Part shown: in pieces, positions 49,530 through 64,000 of the stretch
How positions within the stretch are numbered: position 1 is the first letter of the stretch
How the letters are laid out: the number at the start of each line of letters is the position of its first letter
NCBI GenBank assembly: GCA_964016885.1
Contig: OZ024750.1
Location: forward strand, 35,836,001 to 35,900,000
Direction of reading: 5' to 3'
DNA length: 64,000 bases
From: Eledone cirrhosa
Taxonomy: Eukaryota
Translations under genes and position numbers: made by a program
The notes under the pieces: generated by a model
What the model saw: only the letters and a program-made list of their open reading frames with translations
The model's database searches: none
What the model was told of the DNA's origin: nothing

Positions 49530-52500
49530 ATTATACAATTACTATATTATACTGTTACTATATTATACTGTTACTATATTATACAGTTACTATATTATGT
49601 AGTTACTATATTGTACTGTTACTATATTATACTGTTACTATATTATACAGTTACTATATTATACTGTTACTATATTATACAGTTACTATATTATACTGTT
49701 ACTATATTATACTGTTACTATATTATACTGTTACTATATTATACTGTTACTATATTATACAGTTACTATATTATGTAGTTACTATATTATACTGTTACTA
49801 TATTATACTGTTACTATATCATACAGTTACTATATTATACTGTTACTGTATTAAACAGTTACTATATTATACTGTTACTATATTATGTAGTTACTATATT
49901 ATACTGTTACTATATTATGTAGTTACTATATTATGTAGTTACTATATTATACTGTTACTATATTATGTAGTTACTATATTATACAGTTACTATATTATGT
50001 AGTTACTATATTATACTGTTACTATATTATGTAGTTACTATATTATGTAGTTACTATATTATACTGTTACTATATTATACAGTTACTATATTATACTGTT
50101 ACTGTATTATACAGTTACTATATTATACTGTTACTATATTATGTAGTTACTATATTATACTGTTACTATATTATACAGTTACTATATTATGTAGTTAGTG
50201 TATTATACTGTTACTATATTATGTAGTTACTATATTATACTGTTACTATATTATACTGTTACTATATTTTACTGTTACTATATTATGTAGTTACTATATT
50301 ATGTAGTTACTATATGATACTGTTACTATATTATACAGTTACTATATTATGCTGTTACTATATTATACTGTTACTATATTATGCAGTTACTATATTATAC
50401 AGTTACTATATTATACAGTTACTATATTATACTGTAATTATATTAAGTAGTTACTATATTATACTGTTACTATATTATACAGTTACTATATTATACAGTT
50501 ACTATATTATACTGTTACTATATTATACAGTTACTATATTATACAATTACTATATTATAATATTACTATATTATACTGTTACTATATTATACAGTTACTA
50601 TATTATACTGTTACTATATTATACTGTTACTATATTATGTAGTTACTATATTATACTTTTACTATATTATACTGTTACTATATTATACAGTTACTATATT
50701 ATACTGTTACTATATTATACAGTTACTATATTATACTGTTACTATATTATGTAGTTACTATATTATACTGTTACTATATTATGTAGTTATTATATTATAC
50801 AGTTACTATATTATATAGTTACTATATTATACAGTTACTATATTATACAGTTACTATATTATGTTGTTACTATATTATACAGTTACTATATTATACTGTT
50901 ACTATATTATACTGTTACTATATGATACTGTTACTATATTATACTGTTACTATATTATGTAGTTACTATATTATACAGTTACTATATTATACTGTTACTA
51001 TATTATACAGTTACTATATTATACAGTTACTATATTATACTGTTACTATATTATACGGTTACTATATTATACAGTTACTATATTATACAGTTACTATATT
51101 ATACTGTTACTATATTGTACAGTTACTATATTATACAGTTACTATATTATACTGTTACTATATTATGTAGTTACTATATTATACAGTTACTATATTATAC
51201 TGTTACTATATTATACTGTTACTATATTATACTGTTACTATATTATACAGTTACTATATTATACTGTTACTATATTATACTGTTACTATATTATACAGTT
51301 ACTATATTATGTAGTTACTATATTATACTATTACTATATTATACAGTTACTATATTATGTAGTTACTATATTATACTGTTACTATATTATGTAGTTACTA
51401 TATTATGTAGTTACTATATTATACTGTTACTATATTATACAGTTACTATATTATGTAGTTACTATATTATACTGTTACTATATTATGAAGTTACTATATT
51501 ATGTAGTTACTATATTATACTGTTACTATATTATGTAGTTACTATATTATGTAGTTACTATATTATACTGTTGCTATATTATACAGTTACTATATTATGT
51601 AGTTACTATATTATACTGTTACTATATTATGTAGTTACTATATTATACTGTTACTATATTATACAGTTACTATATTATACAGTTACTAAATTATACTGTT
51701 ACTATATTATACAGTTACTATATTATACTGTTACTATATTATACTGTTACTATATTATGTAGTTACTATATTATACTGTTACTATATTATACAGTTACTA
51801 TATTATACTGTTACTATATTATACTGTTACTATATTATACTGTTACTATATTATACTGTTACTATATTATACAGTTACTATATTATACTGTTACTATATT
51901 ATGTAGTTACTATAGTATACTGTTACTATATTATACAGTTACTATATTATACTGTTACTAAATTATACTGTTACTATATTATACAGTTACTATATTATAC
52001 TGTTACTATATTATACAGTTACTATATTATACTGTTACTATATTATACAGTTACTATATTATACTGTTACTATATTATACTGTTACTATATTATACAATT
52101 ACTATATTATACAGTTACTATATTATACTGTTACTATATTATACTGTTACTATATTATACAGTTACTATATTATACTGTTACTATATTATACTGTTACTA
52201 TATTATACTGTTACTATATTATACTGTTATTATATTATACAATTACTATATTATGTAGTTACTATATTATACTGTTACTATATTATACTGTTACTATATT
52301 ATGCAGTTACTATATTATACTGTTACTATATTATACAGTTACTATATTATACTGTTACTATATTATGTAGTTACTATATTATACTGTTACTATATTATAC
52401 TGTTACTATATTATACAGTTACTATATTATGTAGTTACTATATTATACTGTTACTATATTATGTAGTTACTATATTATGTAGTTACTATATTATACTGTT

Positions 52501-55500
52501 ACTATATTATACAGTTACTATATTATGTAGTTACTGTATTATACTGTTACTATATTATGTAGTTACTATATTATACTGTTACTATATTATGTAGTTACTA
52601 TATTATACTGTTACTATATTATACAGTTACTATATTATACAGTTACTATATTATACTGTTACTATATTATACTGTTACTATATTATGTAGTTACTATATT
52701 ATACTGTTACTATATTATACAGTTACTATATTATACTGTTACTATATTATACTGTTACTATATTATACTGTTACTATATTATACTGTTACTATATTATAC
52801 AGTTACTATATTATACTGTTACTATATTATGTAGTTACTATATTATACTGTTACTATATTATACAGTTACTATATTATACTGTTACTAAATTATACTGTT
52901 ACTATATTATACAGTTACTATATTATACTGTTACTATATTATACAGTTACTATATTATACTGTTACTATATTATACAGTTACTGTATTATACTGTTACTA
53001 TATTATACTGTTACTATATTATACAATTACTATATTATACAGTTACTATATTATACTGTTACTATATTATACTGTTACTATATTATACAGTTACTATATT
53101 ATACTGTTACTATATTATACTGTTACTATATTATACTGTTACTATATTATACTGTTACTATATTATACAGTTACTATATTATGTAGTTACTATATTGTAC
53201 TGTTACTATATTATACTGTTACTATATTATACAGTTACTATATTATACTGTTACTATATTATACAGTTACTATATTATACTGTTACTATATTATGTAGTT
53301 ACTATATTATACTGTTACTATATTATACTGTTACTATATTATACAGTTACTATATTATGTAGTTACTATATTATACTGTTACTATATTATACTGTTACTA
53401 TATCATACAGTTACTATATTATACTGTTACTGTATTATACAGTTACTATATTATACTGTTACTATATTATGTAGTTACTATATTATACTGTTACTATATT
53501 ATGTAGTTACTATATTATGTAGTTACTATATTATACTGTTACTATATTATGTAGTTACTATATTATACAGTTACTATATTATGTAGTTACTATATTATAC
53601 TGTTACTATATTATGTAGTTACTATATTATGTAGTTACTATATTATACTGTTACTATATTATACAGTTACTATATTATACTGTTACTGTATTATACAGTT
53701 ACTATATTATACTGTTACTATATTATGTAGTTACTATATTATACTGTTACTATATTATACAGTTACTATATTATGTAGTTAGTGTATTATACTGTTACTA
53801 TATTATGTAGTTACTATATTATACTGTTACTATATTATACTGTTACTATATTTTACTGTTACTATATTATGTAGTTACTATATTATGTAGTTACTATATG
53901 ATACTGTTACTATATTATACAGTTACTATATTATGCTGTTACTATATTATACTGTTACTATATTATGCAGTTACTATATTATACAGTTACTATGTTATAC
54001 TGTTACTATATTATACAGTTACTATATTATACTGTAATTATATTAAGTAGTTACTATATTATACTGTTACTATATTATACAGTTACTATATTATACAGTT
54101 ACTATATTATACTGTTACTATATTATACAGTTACTATATTATACAATTACTATATTATAATATTACTATATTATACTGTTACTATATTATACAGTTACTA
54201 TATTATACTGTTACTATATTATACTGTTACTATATTATGTAGTTACTATATTATACTTTTACTATATTATACTGTTACTATATTATACAGTTACTATATT
54301 ATACTGTTACTATATTGTACAGTTACTATATTATACTGTTACTATATTATGTAGTTACTATATTATACTGTTACTATATTATGTAGTTACTATATTATAC
54401 AGTTACTATATTATATAGTTACTATATTATACAGTTACTATATTATACAGTTACTATATTATGCTGTTACTATATTATACAGTTACTATATTATACTGTT
54501 ACTATATTATACTGTTACTATATGATACTGTTACTATATTATACTGTTACTATATTATGTAGTTACTATATTATACAGTTACTATATTATACTGTTACTA
54601 TATTATACAGTTACTATATTATACAGTTACTATATTATACTGTTACTATATTATACGGTTACTATATTATACAGTTACTATATTATACAGTTACTATATT
54701 ATACTGTTACTATATTGTACAGTTACTATATTATACAGTTACTATATTATACTGTTACTATATTATGTAGTTACTATATTATACAGTTACTATATTATAC
54801 TGTTACTATATTATACTGTTACTATATTATACTGTTACTATATTATACAGTTACTATATTATACTGTTACTATATTATACTGTTACTATATTATACAGTT
54901 ACTATATTATGTAGTTACTATATTATACTATTACTATATTATACAGTTACTATATTATGTAGTTACTATATTATACTGTTACTATATTATGTAGTTACTA
55001 TATTATGTAGTTACTATATTATACTGTTACTATATTATACAGTTACTATATTATGTAGTTACTATATTATACTGTTACTATATTATGAAGTTACTATATT
55101 ATGTAGTTACTATATTATACTGTTACTATATTATGTAGTTACTATATTATGTAGTTACTATATTATACTGTTGCTATATTATACAGTTACTATATTATGT
55201 AGTTACTATATTATACTGTTACTATATTATGTAGTTACTATATTATACTGTTACTATATTATACAGTTACTATATTATACAGTTACTATATTATACTGTT
55301 ACTATATTATACTGTTACTATATTATGTAGTTACTATATTATACTGTTATTATATTATACAGTTACTATATTATACTGTTACTATATTATACTGTTACTA
55401 TATTATACTGTTACTATATTATACTGTTACTATATTATACAGTTACTATATTATACTGTTACTATATTATGTAGTTACTATATTATACTGTTACTATATT

Positions 55501-56473
55501 ATACAGTTACTATATTATACTGTTACTAAATTATACTGTTACTATATTATACAGTTACTATATTATACTGTTACTATATTATACAGTTACTATATTATAC
55601 TGTTACTATATTATACAGTTACTATATTATACTGTTACTATATTATACTGTTACTATATTATACAATTACTATATTATACAGTTACTATATTATACTGTT
55701 ACTATATTATACTGTTACTATATTATACAGTTACTATATTATACTGTTACTATATTATACTGTTACTATATTATACTGTTACTATATTATACTGTTATTA
55801 TATTATACAATTACTATATTATGTAGTTACTATATTATACTGTTACTATATTATACTGTTACTATATTATGCAGTTACTATATTATACTGTTACTATATT
55901 ATACAGTTACTATATTATACTGTTACTATATTATGTAGTTACTATATTATACTGTTACTATATTATACTGTTACTATATTATACAGTTACTATATTATGT
56001 AGTTACTATATTATACTGTTACTATATTATGTAGTTACTATATTATGTAGTTACTATATTATACTGTTACTATATTATACAGTTACTATATTATGTAGTT
56101 ACTGTATTATACTGTTACTATATTATGTAGTTACTATATTATACTGTTACTATATTATACTGTTACTATATTTTACTGTTACTATATTATGTAGTTACTA
56201 TATTATGTAGTTACTATATTATACTGTTACTATATTATACAGTTACTATATTATACTGTTACTATATTATACTGTTACTATATTATGCAGTTACTATATT
56301 ATACAGTTACTATATTATACTGTTACTATATTATACAGTTACTATATTATACTGTTATTATATTATGTAGTTACTATATTATACTGTTACTATATTATAC
56401 AGTTACTATATTATACAGTTACTATATTATACTGTTACTATATTATACAGTTACTATATTATACAATTACTAT

Positions 56474-56660
56474 GGCGGTGGATTGGCAGTATCGGTAGAG
56501 GTTCGGACGCCATGCTTTGACGCATAGAGTTACGGCCCCTGCCATTCTGAGTTCAAATCCCGCCGAGGTTAACTTTGCCTTTCATCCTTACGGGGTCGAT
56601 AAAATAAAGTACCAGTAATGTACTGGGTAATTTTCTGGCCTTGTGCCAATAGTAGAAACA
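56474..56660 (+). mobile_element. 187-bp tRNA-derived SINE-like retroposon, copy 2
   Basis: By eye identical to copy 1 except C at 56539 versus T at 49408. Same flanking repeat ATTATACAATTACTAT (56458-56473, 56661-56676). The offset 7131 equals 434 x 16 + 187. Confidence 0.88.
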
Positions 56661-56730
56661 ATTATACAATTACTATATTATACTGTTACTATATTATACT
56701 GTTACTATATTATACAGTTACTATATTATA

Positions 56731-59700
56731 CTGTTACTATATTATACTGTTACTATATTATGTAGTTACTATATTATACTGTTACTATATTATACTGTTA
56801 CTATATTATACAGTTACTATATTATACTGTTACTATATTATACAGTTACTATATTATACTGTTACTATATTATGTAGTTACTATATTATACTGTTACTAT
56901 ATTATGTAGTTACTATATTATACAGTTACTATATTATATAGTTACTATATTATACAGTTACTATATTATACAGTTACTATATTATACTGTTACTATATTA
57001 TACAGTTACTATATTATACAGTTACTATATTATACTGTTACTATATTATACAGTTACTATATTATGTAGTTACTATATTATACTGTTACTATATTATACT
57101 GTTACTATATTATACTGTTACAATATTATACAGTTACTATATTATGTAGTTACTATATTATACTGTTACTATATTATACCGTTACTATATTATGTAGTTA
57201 CTATATTATGTAGTTACTATATTATACTATTACTATATTATACAGTTACTATATTATACTGTTACTATATTATACAGTTACTATATTATACATTTACTAT
57301 ATTATACAGTTACTATATTATGTAGTTACTATATTATACTGTTACTATATTATACTGTTACTATACTATACTGTTACTATATTATACAGTTACTATATTA
57401 TACAGTTACTATATTATACAGTTACTATATTATACAGTTACTATATTATACTGTTACTATATTATACAGTTACTATATTATACGGTTACTAAATTATACT
57501 GTTACTATATTATACTATTACTATATTATACTGTTACTCTATTATACTGTTACTATATTATACTGTTACTATGTTATACAGTTACTATATTATACTGTTA
57601 CTATATTATGTAGTTACTATATTATACTGTTACTATATTATACTGTTACTATATTATACTGTTACTATATTATACTGTTACTATATTATACTGTTACTAT
57701 ATTATACTGTTACTATATTATGTAGTTACTATATTATATTGTTACTATATTATACTGTTACTATATTATACAGTTACTATATTATACTGTTACTATATTA
57801 TACAGTTACTATATTATACTGTTACTATATTATACAGTTACTATATTATGTAGTTACTATATTATACTGTTACTATATTATACAGTTACTATATTATGTA
57901 GTTACTATATTATACTGTTACTATATTATGTAGTTACTATATTATGTAGTTACTATATTATACTGTTACTATATTATACAGTTACTATATTATGTAGTTA
58001 CTATATTATACTGTTACTATATTATGAAGTTACTATATTATGTAGTTACTATATTATACTGTTACTATATTATGTAGTTACTATATTATGTAGTTACTAT
58101 ATTATACTGTTACTATATTATACAGTTACTATATTATGTAGTTACTATATTATACTGTTACTATATTATGTAGTTACTATATTATACTGTTACTATTTTA
58201 TACAGTTACTATATTATACAGTTACTATATTATACTGTTACTATATTATACTGTTACTATATTATGTAGTTACTATATTATACTGTTACTATATTATACA
58301 GTTACTATATTATACTGTTAATATATTATACTGTTACTATATTATACTGTTACTATATTATACTGTTACTATATTATACAGTTACTATATTATACTGTTA
58401 CTATATTATGTAGTTACTATATTATACTGTTACTATATTATACAGTTACTACATTATACTGTTACTAAATTATACTGTTACTATATTATACAGTTACTAT
58501 ATTATACTGTTACTATATTATACAGTTACTATATTATACTGTTACTATATTATACAGTTACTATATTATACTGTTACTATATTATACTGTTACTATATTA
58601 TACAATTACTATATTATACAGTTACTATATTATACTGTTACTATATTATACTGTTACTATATTATACAGTTACTATATTATACTGTTACTATATTATACT
58701 GTTACTATATTATACTGTTACTATATTATACTGTTACTATATTATACAGTTACTATATTATGTAGTTACTATATTATACTGTTACTATATTATACTGTTA
58801 CTATATTATACAGTTACTATATTATACTGTTACTATATTATACAGTTACTATATTATACTGTTACTATATTATGTAGTTACTATATTATACTGTTACTAT
58901 ATTATACTGTTACTATATTATACAGTTACTATATTATGTAGTTACTATATTATACTGTTACTATATTATACTGTTACTATATCATACAGTTACTATATTA
59001 TACTGTTACTGTATTATACAGTTACTATATTATACTGTTACTATATTATGTAGTTACTATATTATACTGTTACTATATTATACAGTTACTATATTATGTA
59101 GTTACTATATTATACTGTTACTATATTATGTAGTTACTATATTATACTGTTACTATATTATCTAGTTACTATATTATACAGTTACTATATTATGTAGTTA
59201 CTATATTATACTGTTACTATATTATGTAGTTACTATATTATGTAGTTACTATATTATACTGTTACTATATTATACAGTTACTATATTATGTAGTTACTGT
59301 ATTATACTGTTACTATATTATGTAGTTACTATATTATACTGTTACTATATTATACTGTTACTATATTATACTGTTACTATATTATGTAGTTACTATATTA
59401 TGTAGTTACTATATTATACTGTTACTATATTATACAGTTACTATATTATACTGTTACTATATTATACTGTTACTATATTATGCAGTTACTATATTATACA
59501 GTTACTATATTATACTGTTACTATATTATACAGTTACTATATTATACTGTTACTATATTATGTATTTACTATATCATACTGTTACTATATTATACAGTTA
59601 CTATATTATACTGTTACTATATTATACTGTTACTATATTATACAGTTACTATATTATACAATTACTATATTATACTGTTACTATATTATACTGTTACTAT

Positions 59701-62700
59701 ATTATACAGTTACTATATTATACTGTTACTATATTATACTGTTACAATATTATGTAGTTACTATATTATACTGTTACTATATTATACTGTTACTATATTA
59801 TACTGTTACTATATTATGTAGTTACTATATTATACTGTTACTATATTATACAGTTACTATATTATACAATTACTATATTATACTGTTACTATATTATACT
59901 GTTACTATATTATACAGTTACTATATTATACTGTTACTATATTATACTGTTACTATATTATGTAGTTACTATATTATACTGTTACTATATTATACAGTTA
60001 CTATATTATACAATTACTATATTATACTGTTACTATATTATACTGTTACTATATTATACAGTTACTATATTATACAGTTACTATATTATACTGTTACTAT
60101 ATTATACTGTTACTATATTATACAGTTACTATATTATACTGTTACTATATTATACTGTTACTATATTATGTAGTTACTATATTATACTGTTACTATATTA
60201 TACTGTTACTATACTATACTGTTACTATATTATACAGTTCCTATATTATACAATTACTATATTATACTGTTACTATATTATACTGTTACTATATTATACA
60301 GTTACTATATTATACTGTTACTATATTATACTGTTACTATATTATGTAGTTACTATATTATACTGTTACTATATTATGTAGTTACTATATTATACTGTTA
60401 CTATATTATGTAGTTACTATATTATACTGTTACTATATTATGTAGTTACTATATTATACTGTTACTATATTATACAGTTACTATATTATGTAGTTACTGT
60501 ATTATACTGTTACTATATTATGTAGTTACTATATTATACTGTTACTATATTATACTGTTACTATATTATACTGTTACTATACTATACTGTTACTATATTA
60601 TACAGTTACTATATTATACAATTACTATATTATACTGTTACTATATTATACTGTTACTATATTATACAGTTACTATATTATACTGTTACTATATTATACT
60701 GTTACTATATTATGTAGTTACTATATTATACTGTTACTATATTATGTAGTTACTATATTATACTGTTACTATATTATGTAGTTACTATATTATACTGTTA
60801 CTATATTATGTAGTTACTATATTATACTGTTACTATATTATACAGTTACTATATTATGTAGTTACTGTATTATACTGTTACTATATTATGTAGTTACTAT
60901 ATTATACTGTTACTATATTATACTGTTACTATATTTTACTGTTACTATATTATGTAGTTACTATATTATACTGTTACTATATTATACTGTTACTATATTA
61001 TACAGTTACTATATTATACTGTTACTATATTATACAGTTACTATATTATACTGTTACTATATTATGTAGTTACTATATTATACTGTTACTATATTATGTA
61101 GTTACTATATTATACAGTTACTATATTATATAGTTACTATATTATACAGTTACTATATTATACAGTTACTATATTATACTGTTACTATATTATACAGTTA
61201 CTATATTATACAGTTACTATATTATACTGTTACTATATTATACAGTTACTATATTATGTAGTTACTATATTATACTGTTACTATATTATACTGTTACTAT
61301 ATTATACTGTTACAATATTATACAGTTACTATATTATGTAGTTACTATATTATACTGTTACTATATTATACCGTTACTATATTATGTAGTTACTATATTA
61401 TGTAGTTACTATATTATACTATTACTATATTATACAGTTACTATATTATACTGTTACTATATTATACAGTTACTATATTATACATTTACTATATTATACA
61501 GTTACTATATTATGTAGTTACTATATTATACTGTTACTATATTATACTGTTACTATACTATACTGTTACTATATTATACAGTTACTATATTATACAGTTA
61601 CTATATTATACAGTTACTATATTATACAGTTACTATATTATACTGTTACTATATTATACAGTTACTATATTATACGGTTACTAAATTATACTGTTACTAT
61701 ATTATACTATTACTATATTATACTGTTACTCTATTATACTGTTACTATATTATACTGTTACTATGTTATACAGTTACTATATTATACTGTTACTATATTA
61801 TGTAGTTACTATATTATACTGTTACTATATTATACTGTTACTATATTATACTGTTACTATATTATACTGTTACTATATTATACTGTTACTATATTATACT
61901 GTTACTATATTATGTAGTTACTATATTATATTGTTACTATATTATACTGTTACTATATTATACAGTTACTATATTATACTGTTACTATATTATACAGTTA
62001 CTATATTATACTGTTACTATATTATACAGTTACTATATTATGTAGTTACTATATTATACTGTTACTATATTATACAGTTACTATATTATGTAGTTACTAT
62101 ATTATACTGTTACTATATTATGTAGTTACTATATTATGTAGTTACTATATTATACTGTTACTATATTATACAGTTACTATATTATGTAGTTACTATATTA
62201 TACTGTTACTATATTATGAAGTTACTATATTATGTAGTTACTATATTATACTGTTACTATATTATGTAGTTACTATATTATGTAGTTACTATATTATACT
62301 GTTACTATATTATACAGTTACTATATTATGTAGTTACTATATTATACTGTTACTATATTATGTAGTTACTATATTATACTGTTACTATTTTATACAGTTA
62401 CTATATTATACAGTTACTATATTATACTGTTACTATATTATACTGTTACTATATTATGTAGTTACTATATTATACTGTTACTATATTATACAGTTACTAT
62501 ATTATACTGTTAATATATTATACTGTTACTATATTATACTGTTACTATATTATACTGTTACTATATTATACAGTTACTATATTATACTGTTACTATATTA
62601 TGTAGTTACTATATTATACTGTTACTATATTATACAGTTACTATATTATACTGTTACTAAATTATACTGTTACTATATTATACAGTTACTATATTATACT

Positions 62701-64000
62701 GTTACTATATTATACAGTTACTATATTATACTGTTACTATATTATACAGTTACTATATTATACTGTTACTATATTATACTGTTACTATATTATACAATTA
62801 CTATATTATACAGTTACTATATTATACTGTTACTATATTATACTGTTACTATATTATACAGTTACTATATTATACTGTTACTATATTATACTGTTACTAT
62901 ATTATACTGTTACTATATTATACTGTTACTATATTATACAGTTACTATATTATGTAGTTACTATATTATACTGTTACTATATTATACTGTTACTATATTA
63001 TACAGTTACTATATTATACTGTTACTATATTATACAGTTACTATATTATACTGTTACTATATTATGTAGTTACTATATTATACTGTTACTATATTATACT
63101 GTTACTATATTATACAGTTACTATATTATGTAGTTACTATATTATACTGTTACTATATTATACTGTTACTATATCATACAGTTACTATATTATACTGTTA
63201 CTGTATTATACAGTTACTATATTATACTGTTACTATATTATGTAGTTACTATATTATACTGTTACTATATTATACAGTTACTATATTATGTAGTTACTAT
63301 ATTATACTGTTACTATATTATGTAGTTACTATATTATACTGTTACTATATTATCTAGTTACTATATTATACAGTTACTATATTATGTAGTTACTATATTA
63401 TACTGTTACTATATTATGTAGTTACTATATTATGTAGTTACTATATTATACTGTTACTATATTATACAGTTACTATATTATGTAGTTACTGTATTATACT
63501 GTTACTATATTATGTAGTTACTATATTATACTGTTACTATATTATACTGTTACTATATTATACTGTTACTATATTATGTAGTTACTATATTATGTAGTTA
63601 CTATATTATACTGTTACTATATTATACAGTTACTATATTATACTGTTACTATATTATACTGTTACTATATTATGCAGTTACTATATTATACAGTTACTAT
63701 ATTATACTGTTACTATATTATACAGTTACTATATTATACTGTTACTATATTATGTATTTACTATATCATACTGTTACTATATTATACAGTTACTATATTA
63801 TACTGTTACTATATTATACTGTTACTATATTATACAGTTACTATATTATACAATTACTATATTATACTGTTACTATATTATACTGTTACTATATTATACA
63901 GTTACTATATTATACTGTTACTATATTATACTGTTACAATATTATGTAGTTACTATATTATACTGTTACTATATTATACTGTTACTATATTATACTGTTA
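56731..64000 (+). repeat. 16-bp satellite, domain 4, with a 4192-bp (262-monomer) tandem duplication running off the window end
   Basis: Markers recur at +4192: ATA monomer 56938/61130, ACCGTT 57178/61370, GTTACTCT 57533/61725 and TCTAGTT 59161/63353. Identical repeat ORFs at 57571/61763 and 59560/63752. Confidence 0.93.

Larger units (their letters stand above)
41821..56730 (+). repeat. 16-bp satellite, domain 3: four ~3.5-kb units arranged as two ~7.1-kb dimers, each dimer ending in the SINE-like insert
   Basis: GTTAGTGTATT at about 43146, 46647, 50194 and 53778. Repeat ORFs at 43874/47391/50922/54522 are spaced 3517, 3531 and 3600. The dimer offset is 7048-7131. Confidence 0.9.

Noticed and set aside
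49154-50002. ORFs with non-repeat segments (GGGLAVSVEVRTPCFDA; MYWVIFWPCANSRN), also at 56285-56941
   Set aside because: These are chance read-through between satellite and the SINE-like insert, with no recognisable domain.
196-63949. Dozens of plus-strand ORFs up to 407 aa rich in Y/I/L/T/V/C
   Set aside because: A 16-bp monomer gives a 16-codon period over three monomers. ACT and ACA monomers have no plus-strand stop, and ORFs mostly end where a GTA monomer puts TAG in frame. Overlapping frames give the same peptide, so these are repeat artefacts.
1-64000. CRISPR array (constant 13 bp plus variable 3 bp)
   Set aside because: The variable parts are 3 bp with three main states rather than unique ~30-bp spacers, and there are no cas genes or leader.
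1-64000. Telomerase-synthesised telomeric repeat
   Set aside because: There is no G-rich strand, and kilobase blocks with copied rare variants indicate recombinational or replicative amplification rather than templated addition.

Overview
Almost the whole 64 kb window is one head-to-tail, AT-rich (~19% GC) satellite array of a 16-bp monomer, GTTACTATATTAT-NNN. The last triplet is nearly always ACT, ACA or GTA, giving roughly 3,960 monomers, all in the same orientation. The order of these variants plus rare marker monomers defines kilobase-scale higher-order repeats (1568, 2352, ~3.5k/7.1k, 3968, 4192 and 4236-4364 bp) in four domains. The array is interrupted by a 200-N assembly gap (25277-25476), two copies of a ~40-bp inverted monomer tract (3043-3082, 7279-7318) and two copies of a 187-bp GC-richer tRNA-derived SINE-like element (49343-49529, 56474-56660). 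Each SINE copy is flanked by a 16-bp direct repeat of a rare variant monomer. The two copies are best explained as one insertion later duplicated by array amplification. This looks like eukaryotic (probably animal) heterochromatic DNA. No protein-coding gene is supported: all listed ORFs are translations of the repeat. I found no evidence of a new gene system; the interest here is in array structure and history.
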